DNA of 63,997 nt, filler included, from Malassezia furfur (Eukaryota), in assembly GCA_052055015.1 (NCBI GenBank). It is 3 parts of 3 records of this genome, joined end to end, with 100 filler letters (N's around TTAATTAATTAA, not from the genome) between each part and the next. Parts side by side here need not be neighbours in the genome. Positions count along the whole stretch, not along the records: positions 24,830 to 49,483 come from JBQJIT010000141.1; positions 49,584 to 63,997 come from JBQJIT010000288.1; 1 more part is not named here. One strand, 5' to 3'. Shown here in pieces: positions 42,293 to 53,176 of the stretch. Both the position numbers and the translations under genes were made by a program. The notes beneath the pieces were generated by a model. That model did no database searches. It was not told the origin of the DNA and was given only the letters and a program-made list of their open reading frames with translations. Positions within the stretch are counted from its first letter, which is position 1, and every line of letters begins with the position of its first letter.

Positions 42293-45052
42293 CTACTCTT
42301 CTCCGTCGCTCGGTGCACCGCTGTCCTGCGCCAGGCTCGCAATGAGCGCCTCGAGCTGCGACTGGATCGCCTGGTTCTTGGCCGCATCCGACAGGCCATC
42401 GTCGGGCAACGCCGCGCCGAGCTCGGCAGAGGCCGCAGGCGCCTCGGGCGCCGCTGACGCCGTGGGTGCCGCGTCGTGCGTTGCGCCCACATCCGGCGCC
42501 GGGATCGGCGCGCTGGGATCGCGCAGCGTCTCGGTAAGGTGGCGCACCGCCTCGCCTGACACATCCACACCATACGACTTGAGCAGCGACGCCATGCGGC
42601 TCTCGCTCGACTCCTCCTCGTGGTGCGCCGCATCGTGCTCCGCGTGCTCGTCGTGCTCGCCGTCGTGCGGCGAGTGCGACGCAGACAGGTCGGCCTCTGC
42701 CTCGGCAATCGCCCGCTCGTCGGCAAGGTGCCGCTCATTCTCGTCGTCGTCGTCGTCGTCGGCCCCCGCGCCGGTGAGCGCGGCGGTGAGCGTACGCAGC
42801 GCATCGCTGTAGTCGGACAAATCGATGCCCGCGAGCTCGTTGGCATCGCCGCCGTCCGCGTCGCGGCTCGGCGCGTCCGAGGGCCCAATCTCCTGGAACG
42901 CGGCCTCCAGCGTCTGTGACACGGCCGCGTCGAGGTCTGCCTGCGACGTGCCCGGCGCCTGCTCGAGCTCACCGTGCGCGTCCTGAGTCGCCTGTGCGGC
43001 ACGCGACGCTTGGCGCATCAGCGTCTCGATTGACGCACTCAGCGAGCCAGGTCCGCTCGCCGGCAGCGTCGTCGGTAGCGACTCGGCCGGGTCGGCAGGC
43101 TTGGGCGCCGTGTCATCCGTGCGCGTGCCCAACAGGCGCGACAGGCTCTGCAGGACGGGCGGCGATGCAAACGTGTTGCCAACGTTGCCGGCGCTGCTCT
43201 GCTCGGCGTGCGGCATCGCGGCCATGGCGGGGCTCGGCTCGACGCCGGGCGTCGTCGCAAAGCCGGGGTGCTGCACGTGCTTGAGCAGCGCCGAGGCGAG
43301 CATGCTGGACAGCGACGACGAGCCGGTACCAGGCGTACCGTCCGCGCCCTGGTTCGATGCACGCAGCTGCTGCACGAGCGATGTGAGCGACGGGGTCAGG
43401 TCCGACGATGTGCCGTCGCCTCCGGTGTTGCGCGTGCGCTGCTGGTGCGCCAACAGCAATGCCGCAGCCGCCGCGCCGTTCTGGAAGATGCTGCTCGCGG
43501 GGTTGTCGAGCGGCGCCGCACCCGGCTGGCCATACGGCTTGGGGCCGGGACGCAGGCTCTGCAGCAGGCGCGAGTGTGCGCTGCGCTGCTTCGAAAAGGG
43601 GCTCGTCGACTGCCGGTATGCGGCCGCACCTTGGTACTGCGCGCGTGCCTTGAATGGGCTCGCAGGCGCAGGGCCCTTGGGGCCGTTGACCATCATCGGG
43701 TGGTCCTTGCCAACCTGCGGACGGCGCGTCGGCTTGCGTCCCGTGTTGCTTCCATCCCAGTCGGGGTTGATGCGGTACAGGCTGCCGACCTTGTGCAGCC
43801 GGCCGCGCTTGAATGCCTTCTGTAGCGCCTGGCTGGCCGACGGACGGAAATTTTTCATCAGCGGGTATGTATCCTCCATCCAGTGGAAGAGCATGCGCGG
43901 CGGCGTGCCATTCACGTCACCGATCGCCTGCAGGCCCTCGACGATCATGTCCTCGTACGACGGCAGCGTGCTCGTCACGCGCGTCGTGTCGCGGTGCTGT
44001 GCGCCGCTACCGTCGTGCGAGTCGTCGCCATACCCCGTGCCTGACGAGGTGCCAAGCCCCGTGCCCGAGCTGCTCCCGAGACGCGTGTAGTCAAACGGAC
44101 CCGGCGTCGGGCGCGGCACGTCCATGTGGGGCACATAGCGGGGCGCGTCGGCTGTCGGCGTGCGTGTAAACGTCGACGCGCCGTTCTGCTCGAGCAGTTT
44201 GGTCAGTGCCGAGTTCGCCGGTGTGCGTGCGCCGCTCAGAAGATTCGACTGGCTCAGCAGTGATGACAGGTTACCAGGAGCCGTGCTGCCCGGCGTCTGC
44301 TTCGTCGGCGCAAGCGGCTGGCCCTGCAGGTTGAGCATCGGACCGGACGAGTTGGTGTTGTGGATCGAGTCGAGGATCGCCGCAATCCGCGAGGAAATGT
44401 TGGCACTACTCGACAACGCCGACGCATGCGCCGCATCAGATGCCGACTCGGTTGCAGTGGGCACGGGCGCAGACGTCGCAGTTGGCGCAGGCGTATGCAC
44501 TCCCGCCGACGTCGGCGGCACCGCATGCGTATCGCTCGACGGCGTCGGCAGCGCATTTGATGTAGCGTGGCCCGGCGCAGGCGGTGTGCCGCTCGTGGCT
44601 GCGGGTATCGAGGGGGTATAGGGCCGCGGAACGGCTGGCGGCACAGCGGCCGGCGCAGCAGGTGCAGCGGGCGTCGACGCGGTAGGCGGCGCCACGTGCT
44701 GCACCGGTGCGTCGTGGGTAGGGGCCGCAGCGGCGGCGGCAGCCTGGTCCAGATGGAACTGGGCGATGCGCTCCTCAAGGTTGTCGGGATACAGCAGCGC
44801 GTACAGATCGGCCTCGTGCGGGGTATCGTGGAGCAACTGCTCGATCTGGCGCACAAGGTGAAGCAAGTCGGGTTTCGACAGGCTGTCCAAGTACGCGTCG
44901 GCCAGCGCAGGCCGGGTGGTGTTGGCCCGGACGCGTTTCGACGCGTTCGACGCGTTCGACACGTCGGTTGACGTGCGCGTGGAGGTGTGCAGCACGTCGT
45001 CATCGGGGGTGTGTGAGCGCTTCATCGCGAGGGAGGTGCCGGCCTGCATCAT
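42293..45052 (-). CDS. Low-complexity protein with a linker-histone H15-like winged-helix domain
   Basis: LPSYEDMIVEGLQAIGDVNGTPPRMLFHWMEDTYP...FRPSASQALQKAFKRGRL...YRIN within a Pro/Ala/Ser-rich ORF; start uncertain. Confidence 0.7.
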   Translation of the reverse strand: MMQAGTSLAMKRSHTPDDDVLHTSTRTSTDVSNASNASKRVRANTTRPALADAYLDSLSKPDLLHLVRQIEQLLHDTPHEADLYALLYPDNLEERIAQFHLDQAAAAAAAPTHDAPVQHVAPPTASTPAAPAAPAAVPPAVPRPYTPSIPAATSGTPPAPGHATSNALPTPSSDTHAVPPTSAGVHTPAPTATSAPVPTATESASDAAHASALSSSANISSRIAAILDSIHNTNSSGPMLNLQGQPLAPTKQTPGSTAPGNLSSLLSQSNLLSGARTPANSALTKLLEQNGASTFTRTPTADAPRYVPHMDVPRPTPGPFDYTRLGSSSGTGLGTSSGTGYGDDSHDGSGAQHRDTTRVTSTLPSYEDMIVEGLQAIGDVNGTPPRMLFHWMEDTYPLMKNFRPSASQALQKAFKRGRLHKVGSLYRINPDWDGSNTGRKPTRRPQVGKDHPMMVNGPKGPAPASPFKARAQYQGAAAYRQSTSPFSKQRSAHSRLLQSLRPGPKPYGQPGAAPLDNPASSIFQNGAAAAALLLAHQQRTRNTGGDGTSSDLTPSLTSLVQQLRASNQGADGTPGTGSSSLSSMLASALLKHVQHPGFATTPGVEPSPAMAAMPHAEQSSAGNVGNTFASPPVLQSLSRLLGTRTDDTAPKPADPAESLPTTLPASGPGSLSASIETLMRQASRAAQATQDAHGELEQAPGTSQADLDAAVSQTLEAAFQEIGPSDAPSRDADGGDANELAGIDLSDYSDALRTLTAALTGAGADDDDDDENERHLADERAIAEAEADLSASHSPHDGEHDEHAEHDAAHHEEESSESRMASLLKSYGVDVSGEAVRHLTETLRDPSAPIPAPDVGATHDAAPTASAAPEAPAASAELGAALPDDGLSDAAKNQAIQSQLEALIASLAQDSGAPSDGEE

Positions 45053-45640
45053 CGAAGACGGCCGGGAGTCGGCGCACCCGAGGCACCCGCTCACGCGCAG
45101 CGAGGCGTTGGGGGTGCGACCGGGTGTGTTGGACTGGACGATTGACACGGAAAGTGTCCTGTGCGCACGAGCTCTCTTGGTTCACCGTCCGAGCGCCGAT
45201 CTACGCGCTGTCGGGTGATTCCTGTGGAGCTGTATAGTTCGCTCACGAAGGCGTAGCGGAGCACCTGAGACGAAAAAAACTGTATATTTTGCTAGCCAAG
45301 ACCCAGTGCACGCGGGTCCCCCCATGCACGTGCCGCATTTGGAACGTTTCGGGCTTTGGGTCACGTGAAGAACAGTTTGGTTGGGCGTCGAGGATTCTCG
45401 CTTGGGCGCCAGGCGTGTGCATATGACGTGCGTTTCCCCGCCTTTCATGCGGCGAACGCGGATTGGCTGTAGATCACTTGGGACAAGGTTGACGGCAGGA
45501 ATCGGGCAATGGGCTGAATTTGGCGCAGGGGGAGAAGCAGGGGCAGGGAATCTTACACGCGCTTTTCAACATCCACGCGTGCACGGCGTACACATCCCCA
45601 TCGTCACACTCTACCACAAACCTTCCTGAGCGCTCTCGAC

Positions 45641-47248
45641 ATGGAAGAAGGTGGTGAGAAGCAGCATAACGCATTCGTGCGGTTTTTCCTCACGATTGGC
45701 CGGCTGCTATGGGAGATCTGGGGTGAACCGCTGTTTACCTGGCTGGGTCTGTACAAGCCCAAGGACCCGACGTATGGACGCTGGGAAATTCCGTTCAGCA
45801 AGATGGAACAGCGTTTGCACGAGAACCCGGATGTAACATGCACATTCCACAAGGTCATGATGCCCAACGGAAGGGACTGGGTGTGGTACCAGGTGTGGGA
45901 GGACAAACTCGCGCAGCGCGCGACCGGTCGCGAAGCCGACCTCGTCTTCTGCCATGGTACTGGTGTGCACTCGGGCACATTGGCAAGCCACTCACGCCGG
46001 TATCTGGATGCCGGTTTCCGTCTTATCGTCCCTGACCTGCCTTCGCACGGTTACTCGACGGGTCTGCACGTCTTCCAGCGTTGGATGAAGGGGTATGTCG
46101 ACGGCGTTCGCCAGGTGATCTACGACGTTGCCCGCCAGGATGATGAGCGGACCGGTACGCACCCGACGAAGGAAAAACGGCGTGCGACGTTCTTGCTTGG
46201 TCTGTCGTTTGGTGGCCTGGTCGCCGTGCTTTACCCTCTGTACTACCCTGCTTCGCTGCGCGAAGACACCACCGATCCGAACGAGCTCCCCATTGATGGT
46301 GTGGTTGCCGTGGGCCCTATTCTTGGCTGGTCGAAGAACGACGTCAAGGTCGGCCCCTTGGTGCATATTCTCGCTTGGCTGATCAGCTTCTTCAAGGCCG
46401 AGCGTCTGGAACTCTACGTGCCCCACAAGAAGGTGGTCGACAAGGACCCGAAGGTGTACAAGCAGCTGATTGACTCAGACCTGCGCAGCCACCGCGGTGC
46501 ATTCCGTGTGGGCCACCTGTTCTGTATTCGTGACGGTGTGAAAGATGCGGACCGTCTGGCGCCGACGTTCAAGACGCCCATCTACGTTCAGCACGGCCTG
46601 CAGGACCGTGTCGTGCTTCCTTCGCAGTCCATCAAGTTTTTGCGCAAAATCAGCTCGGAGGACATGAAGATGACCATTTACCCCGTTTGCCAGCATGTTA
46701 TCTACCGCAAGGCAAAGACCGAGACGGAGGACCTGGCCGGCCGCGTCGCTGTACTCGAAGACAACGTCGAATGGATGTCGGAGCGCAGCCCGGGTCATGG
46801 CCACATCGACCGCGGTGTGTCGTTCTCTTCGGACATTTCAGACATGATGGAGCGCCCGACGCCCATCTCGCGCATGCCTTCCTTCTCGACCTTCTCGGGC
46901 CCTGGCACGCCCGGAGACACGACGGCGCAGAGCGAGTCGCTACCGGAGAACCCCAACCTGGTGAACAGTTCTGGGTCGAAGAACGAGGAGGGCGTCGTGT
47001 CGGGCACGCTCCACTCGCTTACGAGCCAGATCGATTCGGCCATCGAGACGGCGGCGACCGCAACGGCGGTGCCGCCTGCGCCCAACGAGCTGACTCGGCG
47101 CATGCAGCCCAAGGGTGCCAAGAGCCCTGCATCGGGTGCCAAGGAGGCCGTGCGGAAGAGCTCGGGCGACAATGGAGAGGAAAAGCGCATTTACCGCGAG
47201 CAGTGGAGTCTCTCTCAGGATCTGCGTCCCTACGACATCATCCTCTAG
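45641..47248 (+). CDS. Monoglyceride lipase/lysophospholipase-like alpha/beta hydrolase (Hydrolase_4)
   Basis: FCHG, PDLPSHGYSTG, GLSFGG, QHGLQDRVV, IYPVCQH. Confidence 0.82.
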   Translation: MEEGGEKQHNAFVRFFLTIGRLLWEIWGEPLFTWLGLYKPKDPTYGRWEIPFSKMEQRLHENPDVTCTFHKVMMPNGRDWVWYQVWEDKLAQRATGREADLVFCHGTGVHSGTLASHSRRYLDAGFRLIVPDLPSHGYSTGLHVFQRWMKGYVDGVRQVIYDVARQDDERTGTHPTKEKRRATFLLGLSFGGLVAVLYPLYYPASLREDTTDPNELPIDGVVAVGPILGWSKNDVKVGPLVHILAWLISFFKAERLELYVPHKKVVDKDPKVYKQLIDSDLRSHRGAFRVGHLFCIRDGVKDADRLAPTFKTPIYVQHGLQDRVVLPSQSIKFLRKISSEDMKMTIYPVCQHVIYRKAKTETEDLAGRVAVLEDNVEWMSERSPGHGHIDRGVSFSSDISDMMERPTPISRMPSFSTFSGPGTPGDTTAQSESLPENPNLVNSSGSKNEEGVVSGTLHSLTSQIDSAIETAATATAVPPAPNELTRRMQPKGAKSPASGAKEAVRKSSGDNGEEKRIYREQWSLSQDLRPYDIIL

Positions 47249-47477
47249 ACCATTTTTTATGTAGCATCGTAACCCAGGGCTTTTGGTACAGCAAGCCCAA
47301 CGTGAGTGTATGGTCTTCCCCACAGCTGGACCCGTGTGTTGCGGCGGCACGTGCGTCGGCGCTGCACGGCGCGGAGGGGCTGCTGGACGTCCCCTGCACG
47401 CCAGGGCGGAGGCCGCGACGTGCTGAGATAAGCAGCGATCGGCGGACGCGGCGTGGCGTTCTTCGTTCGCACGCAGC

Positions 47478-49005
47478 ATGCTGACGCTGGCCCGCTGTGC
47501 CCGGCTCGCGCACGGTGTGCGCACCGTGCCCAGCCTCCAGCGTGCCCTGACAACGTCTCTGTCGCGCCATACCCCTGCGCAGGCTACCGGCAGTGCCGGA
47601 ACGCCGGAGCTTGTGCGTCCTGCGACGGAAGTGAGCACGCTGCCGAACCAGGTGCGTGTCGCGACCGAGCCGATGCCTGGCCACTTTTCGGCGGTCGGCG
47701 TGTATGTGGATGCTGGCTCGCGCTTTGAGCGTCTATGGGTGCCTGGCGAGAGTGGCGTGAGTCATATGCTGGACCGCATGGCGTTCAAGGTAGGTGTGCG
47801 ATGCACTGACGCAGTCGACGACCTCGCGCAGCTCTGAGGATATGGAGCAGATGATCCAATCGATTGGTGGCAACGTGATGTGCTCGTCGTCGCGCGAGAC
47901 CATCATGTACCAAGCGTCTGTCTTTAACCAGGATGTGTCCAAAATCCTGTCGGTGTTTGCCGATACCATCCAGAACCCCCTGCTGGACCCCGCGGAGCTG
48001 GCACAGCAGCGCGATGCTGCGGCGTGGGAGGTGGCCGAAATCTGGAACAAGCCCGAGATGATCCTGCCCGAGCTCGTGCATGCGACCGCGTACCAGAACA
48101 ACACGCTGGGAAATCCGCTGCTGTGCCCGATGGAGAGTCTCGAGGTGATGACGACGGACAACCTGCGCGCCTTCCTGGAAGCATGGTACCGTCCGGACCG
48201 CATTGTGATTGCGGGTGCCGGCATGCCGCACGCCGAGCTCGTGGAGCTGAGTGAGCGGCTGTTTGGCGGCATGCGTCTTCCAGCGCCTGGCTCGCCGGCG
48301 GCGGACCCTCTGTTCGGGCAGCTGGCCGGAGAGCGTGCGCAGTACACGGGCGGCGAGCTGTACTTGCAAAAGCCCGAGCTGGAGTTTACGCACGTGTACG
48401 TCGCGTACGAGGGGCTATCGATCCACGACGACGACATCTACGCCCTGGCCACGCTGCAGATGCTGCTGGGCGGCGGTGGCAGCTTTTCCGCGGGCGGCCC
48501 CGGGAAGGGCATGTACAGCCGCCTTTATACCAACGTGCTCAACCAGTACCACGGCGTGGACCACTGTGCTGCCTTCCATCACTGCTACTCGGACTCGGGG
48601 CTGTTTGGCATCTCGGCGAGCGTGCACCCCGCGTTTGCGCCGAGCATCCCGTACATCATCGCGCGCGAGCTGGAGCTGTGCACGGCAGACGACTACCGCG
48701 GGAGCATCACCCCCGTGGAGCTGAACCGTGCCAAGAACCAGCTCAAGAGCAGCCTCATGATGGCGCTCGAGAGCCGCCTGGTGGAGGTGGAGGATCTGGG
48801 CCGCCAGGTGCAGGTGCACGGCCGCAAGGTGTCGGTGGAGGAGATGTGTGCGATGGTCGATCGCATCGACCTCCCCACGCTGAACCGCGTCGCGTCCAGG
48901 GTGCTGATGACCTCCAAGCCTGCGACCGTCGTGGCTCAGGGCCAGCTGGACGGCCTTGAGGACGTGCGCCGCCTGCTGGCGTCGCGCGGAATGGGCTCGG
49001 TGTAG
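47478..49005 (+). CDS. MAS2: Mitochondrial processing peptidase alpha subunit
   Basis: Presequence, GVSHMLDRMAFK|ST with 25-nt intron 47790-47814, Gly loop GGGGSFSAGGPGKGMYSRLY. Confidence 0.95.
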
Positions 49006-49074
49006 TCCCCGATAGAGCACCGCACGCACCCTGCGCATTGCTTTGCTTTGTTTCGCATCGTGTCGTATAGTACA

Positions 49075-49483
49075 TCAGTCTACGTCCTCCAGAGGCCAAC
49101 CGGGCAGCGACGGAAGCAGGCCTGAGGGCGCCGGCGCCTTGAGCACCGGCGCCGCACCGTCGAGGTGCGCGTGCATGCGCCGCCCGGCCTGCTCGGCGCG
49201 TGTGCTGCTCGCCGGGGGGCGCACCGCGTGCGCACGGAACGCATGCGTCGGCGTCTCCGGGTACGGGCTGCTCGACGTGAGCGGCGCCCATGCGCCGCCC
49301 TCCTCGTCGGTGCCCGCGTGGAGCTGCGGCGGCGACGACGTGGCGAGCGCCTCGTCGCGGCGCATGGCGCGCGGCGTCATGAGCATCGGTGCGGGAGTCG
49401 GCATGCTTGCGAGCGGCGTGGCGGGCGCCTGCCGCGCGCGTGCGCCGCGCGTCGCCTGCGTGGGCGAGTCGGGCGCCGCCCAT
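49075..49483 (-). CDS. 3' fragment of an unidentified low-complexity protein, cut by the gap
   Basis: Frame open from the contig edge to the stop at 49075; Pro/Ala/Ser-rich, no motif. Confidence 0.45.
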
Positions 49484-49583
49484 NNNNNNNNNNNNNNNNN
49501 NNNNNNNNNNNNNNNNNNNNNNNNNNNTTAATTAATTAANNNNNNNNNNNNNNNNNNNNNNNNNNNNNNNNNNNNNNNNNNNN
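49484..49583. other. Artificial contig linker (N44-TTAATTAATTAA-N44)
   Basis: Same 100-nt six-frame-stop spacer as at 24730. Confidence 0.95.
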
Positions 49584-50022
49584 CCTGCAGCGCTTCTTCC
49601 GCGCTGCCCAGTTTGCCGTGGTGGGTGCAAGTACCGACCGGACCAAGTATGGAAATCGTGTGCTACGCTGGTACCAGAACCACCAGCTTCCCGTGACGCC
49701 CGTCCACCCCAAGGCGACTAGCGTCGAGGGCCTTCAGGCCGTCTCGGATCTTGGCAGTGTGATGGAGCAGGCAGCGAATCCGGTTGAGGCTAAGACTTCG
49801 GTATCGGTCATCACGCCGCCGGCCATAAGCCTGGATCTGCTGAAGAAGTATGCAAGCGATCCTCGGATTGTCGCGCTCTGGCTTCAGCCTGGCGCAGCAG
49901 ACGGCCCGGTGGTCCAGTGGGTCCAGTCGCAGCCAAACGACATCCAAGAGCGCGTCATCTACTCGGGAAATTGTATCCTAGTCAGTGGCGAAAAGTTTGC
50001 GAAGCGGCTCGGGCGCTTGTAG
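49584..50022 (+). CDS. YccU-like CoA-binding domain protein (5' end lost in gap)
   Basis: FAVVGASTDRTKYGNRVL, PVHPK, LWLQPGA, NCILV. Confidence 0.82.
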
Positions 50023-50035
50023 AACTAGAAAGGGC

Positions 50036-51364
50036 CTACGATTCATTAGCGACACGCAACTTGCCCGTTGTCCGCCACAACTTGTTGCCAATCTCTTGCT
50101 CCTCCGCCGATTCTTGCCGTACGCTGTCGGACCGAGCAAGTGGACGATACGATGCACCCGTGCCCATGCGCGATACCGTGCTACCCTCGCGATCAGCAAA
50201 GCGATGGCTGGGAAGCCACATGTACGCCGAGGACGGCGACTGTAGCTCTGTGCTACCATCTTCGTACTCAAGCGAGTCCGTAGCGATGCGATTAAGGCTT
50301 GTATGTGTGGGCATCGCTGACGGTGCACGCGCGAGTGTGTCGCTGGATATGGGCGGCGCCGCACCTGAGGGAGGTGTCTGAGGGGCGGGCGCGTAAGTGT
50401 CGCTGGACGACACTACCGGCTGAGCCGCCACGGGCGAAGCGGGCGCATCCGGCACATTCGCCATCGATACAGGCACGGTGGGTGCGGTTGGGGTGGATCC
50501 TTCGGTGAGTTCGTTGGTCGGGTACGTCGACACACCCGCGTATGCATCGGCGTACGCATCACTTGAGGCCACCGGCACGTCGGCAACGGCCGGGCCCGGC
50601 GCCATACCAGACTTGACCGAACGAGTTTCGGCGCGAGAGGAGGCGCGCGCCGAGTTAGACTGCACCACCTCAATGGGGACGGAAGGCGCCTCGGTGGCCA
50701 CCCCGCTTGGCACGTGGGATGCGAGCGGTGCCTCGTCTTGGAACTGGCGCATTTGCTGAGCCGCAGGGCCCGGCTGGTATTCTGTCCAGTTGGAGTTCGA
50801 CGGCGACATTTCGCTCGGCATCTTGGTCGAATGGGGCTGCATCCCGATCTCCATGTCCTGCAAGAAGGGCTGGTGCACCGGTGAAGCAAAGTACGGCTCG
50901 CCGCGGCCCAGCGTCGGCTGGCCGCTGTGCGATTCACGCATCGCCGGATCCAGATCAGAGTGGGACATCGGCATCCATGCTTCGTCCGTCTGCGCGGGCC
51001 GCATCCGAGTACGCCGGTCGACACCGCCGCCGCCGACGCCTGCCTCAGCATACGCCGAGTCGAGCGCGCGCGTCGCGCGCCGATTACGTGCGCGTCTGAT
51101 CAGCATATAGGCAATTGCAATCAGTAGAGCGAGGCCAACCACGCCACCTACGACGCCACCGGCTACCGGGCCCGCCGCCGTCTGCTTCTGCTGCGGCTGC
51201 GGCGTCTGCGAAGGTGTCGGCACCGGCGCGGTGGACGTGACGTAAGAGGTGAGCGCCTCCTGCCGACCAGGTGATGATAGCGTAGAGGTCTCTACCACGG
51301 TGGCCACCGACTGCTGCCGACGGACGTAGGCAACGCTGCGCGTGGGAAGCACGCCAACCGGCAT
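50036..51364 (-). CDS. Single-pass membrane protein (Mid2/Skg6-like TM, disordered tail)
   Basis: Ser/Thr-rich N-terminus, VAGGVVGGVVGLALLIAIAYMLIRR, long low-complexity tail ending LRVANES. Confidence 0.7.
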   Translation of the reverse strand: MPVGVLPTRSVAYVRRQQSVATVVETSTLSSPGRQEALTSYVTSTAPVPTPSQTPQPQQKQTAAGPVAGGVVGGVVGLALLIAIAYMLIRRARNRRATRALDSAYAEAGVGGGGVDRRTRMRPAQTDEAWMPMSHSDLDPAMRESHSGQPTLGRGEPYFASPVHQPFLQDMEIGMQPHSTKMPSEMSPSNSNWTEYQPGPAAQQMRQFQDEAPLASHVPSGVATEAPSVPIEVVQSNSARASSRAETRSVKSGMAPGPAVADVPVASSDAYADAYAGVSTYPTNELTEGSTPTAPTVPVSMANVPDAPASPVAAQPVVSSSDTYAPAPQTPPSGAAPPISSDTLARAPSAMPTHTSLNRIATDSLEYEDGSTELQSPSSAYMWLPSHRFADREGSTVSRMGTGASYRPLARSDSVRQESAEEQEIGNKLWRTTGKLRVANES

Positions 51365-51561
51365 CGTGGAAAAAACGCCAACCTACCGGCCGTGATGGTG
51401 ACGGGCTCAGCCTGCTCCTGGATACCCTGACCCTTAATTGGCGCGAACAGACTGCAGTGCCCGATCAAGGCCTCATCGGCTCAGCGACGCGTGACGGCGC
51501 ACGCACATGCCCCCTCCTTGATCGATCGGGCCAAAAAAAAAGTACGTACAATCGAGATGCG

Positions 51562-52866
51562 CTACGAGGCACCGCTGGGCGAACTCGGGATATCGGGCAA
51601 ACTCGCCAAGCTGTGATTTTTCTGGTGGCGGCGAAGATTGGAGTGTACACTGAAGCAGCGCCCGCACCCAGGGATATCGCAGCGGTAGGGCTTTTCGCCC
51701 GTGTGTGAGTGGATATGTGTCCGCAGGCTTGAGGGCCGTGAGAACCGCTTGCCGCACCAGCTGCATTCGAACTTGCCAGTGCCTGCACCGCCATGCACAG
51801 CGCCCGCGCTGCGCGATTTGGAAGGCTGCTTGCCAGAAAGTGGGGACACCTGGCCAGCACGCTCAGGACTGTGTCCTTTCTGCGACGACACCGCGAGCGC
51901 ATGATCGGGCGACATGCTCAGCGAACGTATGGCCATTGGACCCGGTTTGCCCCGTTCGTCCGGCGAGCGGGAATCCAGCATAGAGGCCACCGACATGGCG
52001 CTTGCCGACTGGTCCAAGTCCATCGGCAAGTCGGCCACCTCGGGCCCAGGCGTGCGAGGGCAGCCTTCCGAGGCGCCACTCATCGAGTACGACGAGTGGC
52101 TCCGAGACAGGCTGCGAGGGAACTCGGCAAAAGGTGCCGGTGGTTCGCCAGGGCGCGCCACAGGGTCTATAGCGTCCCCCGAGGGAACCAGCTCCGAGAG
52201 CGGCGGACCAGCGCTGTGCAGCTCGTGACGTGGTTCCAAAATGCGCGACTCGCGCATTTCCACGGGTGGAAAGGTGTAAGAAGTAAAATGATGGCGTTCT
52301 AGGCGCGCGGGGCGCGTCAAGACTTTGCCAGGCGGGGGCTTTCCAAGCTTGAACCGGTCAACCGTCGGCGACGCGTGGGACATGAATGGAGGTGGCGGCA
52401 TCGTAGCAGCGGTGTCAAAGGAGCGCCGTTTGCGGCGGTGTGCGGTTTCGTCAGAGAGGGGAGTATCGTTCAGTTCGTCTTCCACGCGCATCCGATGCAG
52501 GATGGAGGGGAGAGATGCGCAGGCAGATCCAGGCGAGTACGTAGGCATAATACCAGGTTCTGACCGTGGGCAATGGGTGTGTGAGTACATCTTGCGGGGG
52601 GTCATGAAGGAGTGCCGAAGCGGTGGGAGCGACCAGGAATCTGCGGCCAGGCGGGGGAGCGACGCAGAGTGTGACAGCCGCGAAGAGGCTCTCTCCATGC
52701 CGTTCTCCGAGGGCGCAGCCTGCTCCGAGCCAGCGGGCGGCAGCTCACCCCCAAACAAATCGCGAATGCCGGGTAGGTCCTGTCGGCGCGACAGACCGCG
52801 TATCACGCGTCCACCCGTCGGTGACGAGGGAACACGCCGGTGACGAATTGGGTGATCCGCGGGCAT
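51562..52866 (-). CDS. C2H2 zinc-finger transcription factor (MtfA-like finger pair)
   Basis: [51 protein letters not shown]. Confidence 0.87.
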   Translation of the reverse strand: MPADHPIRHRRVPSSPTGGRVIRGLSRRQDLPGIRDLFGGELPPAGSEQAAPSENGMERASSRLSHSASLPRLAADSWSLPPLRHSFMTPRKMYSHTHCPRSEPGIMPTYSPGSACASLPSILHRMRVEDELNDTPLSDETAHRRKRRSFDTAATMPPPPFMSHASPTVDRFKLGKPPPGKVLTRPARLERHHFTSYTFPPVEMRESRILEPRHELHSAGPPLSELVPSGDAIDPVARPGEPPAPFAEFPRSLSRSHSSYSMSGASEGCPRTPGPEVADLPMDLDQSASAMSVASMLDSRSPDERGKPGPMAIRSLSMSPDHALAVSSQKGHSPERAGQVSPLSGKQPSKSRSAGAVHGGAGTGKFECSWCGKRFSRPSSLRTHIHSHTGEKPYRCDIPGCGRCFSVHSNLRRHQKNHSLASLPDIPSSPSGAS

Positions 52867-53176
52867 CCTCGCTTACAGCCGAGCAACCATACCCTCCGGT
52901 CCAAGGACAAGAACAATCTGGCCAAGACTCGCGGGGGGGCGGACCAGTGGCAAGGGATTCCTGACGAGGCTGTGTGGAATTATGAAATTCCGCCCAGCCA
53001 CAGCCAACGAGGCGGTGACCACGCGAGGGGGCCCGTGCGAATAAATGCGCGTCTGTCGAGTGGCTATTTCCTCCCTGGCGCCCCAGCTCGTGCAGATCCC
53101 CATGCAAGGCACTGTTTCCGCCAACGAACCGAGATGTACCACGGATGTGCATGCGTAGCAGCAGCATGCGCACCCA

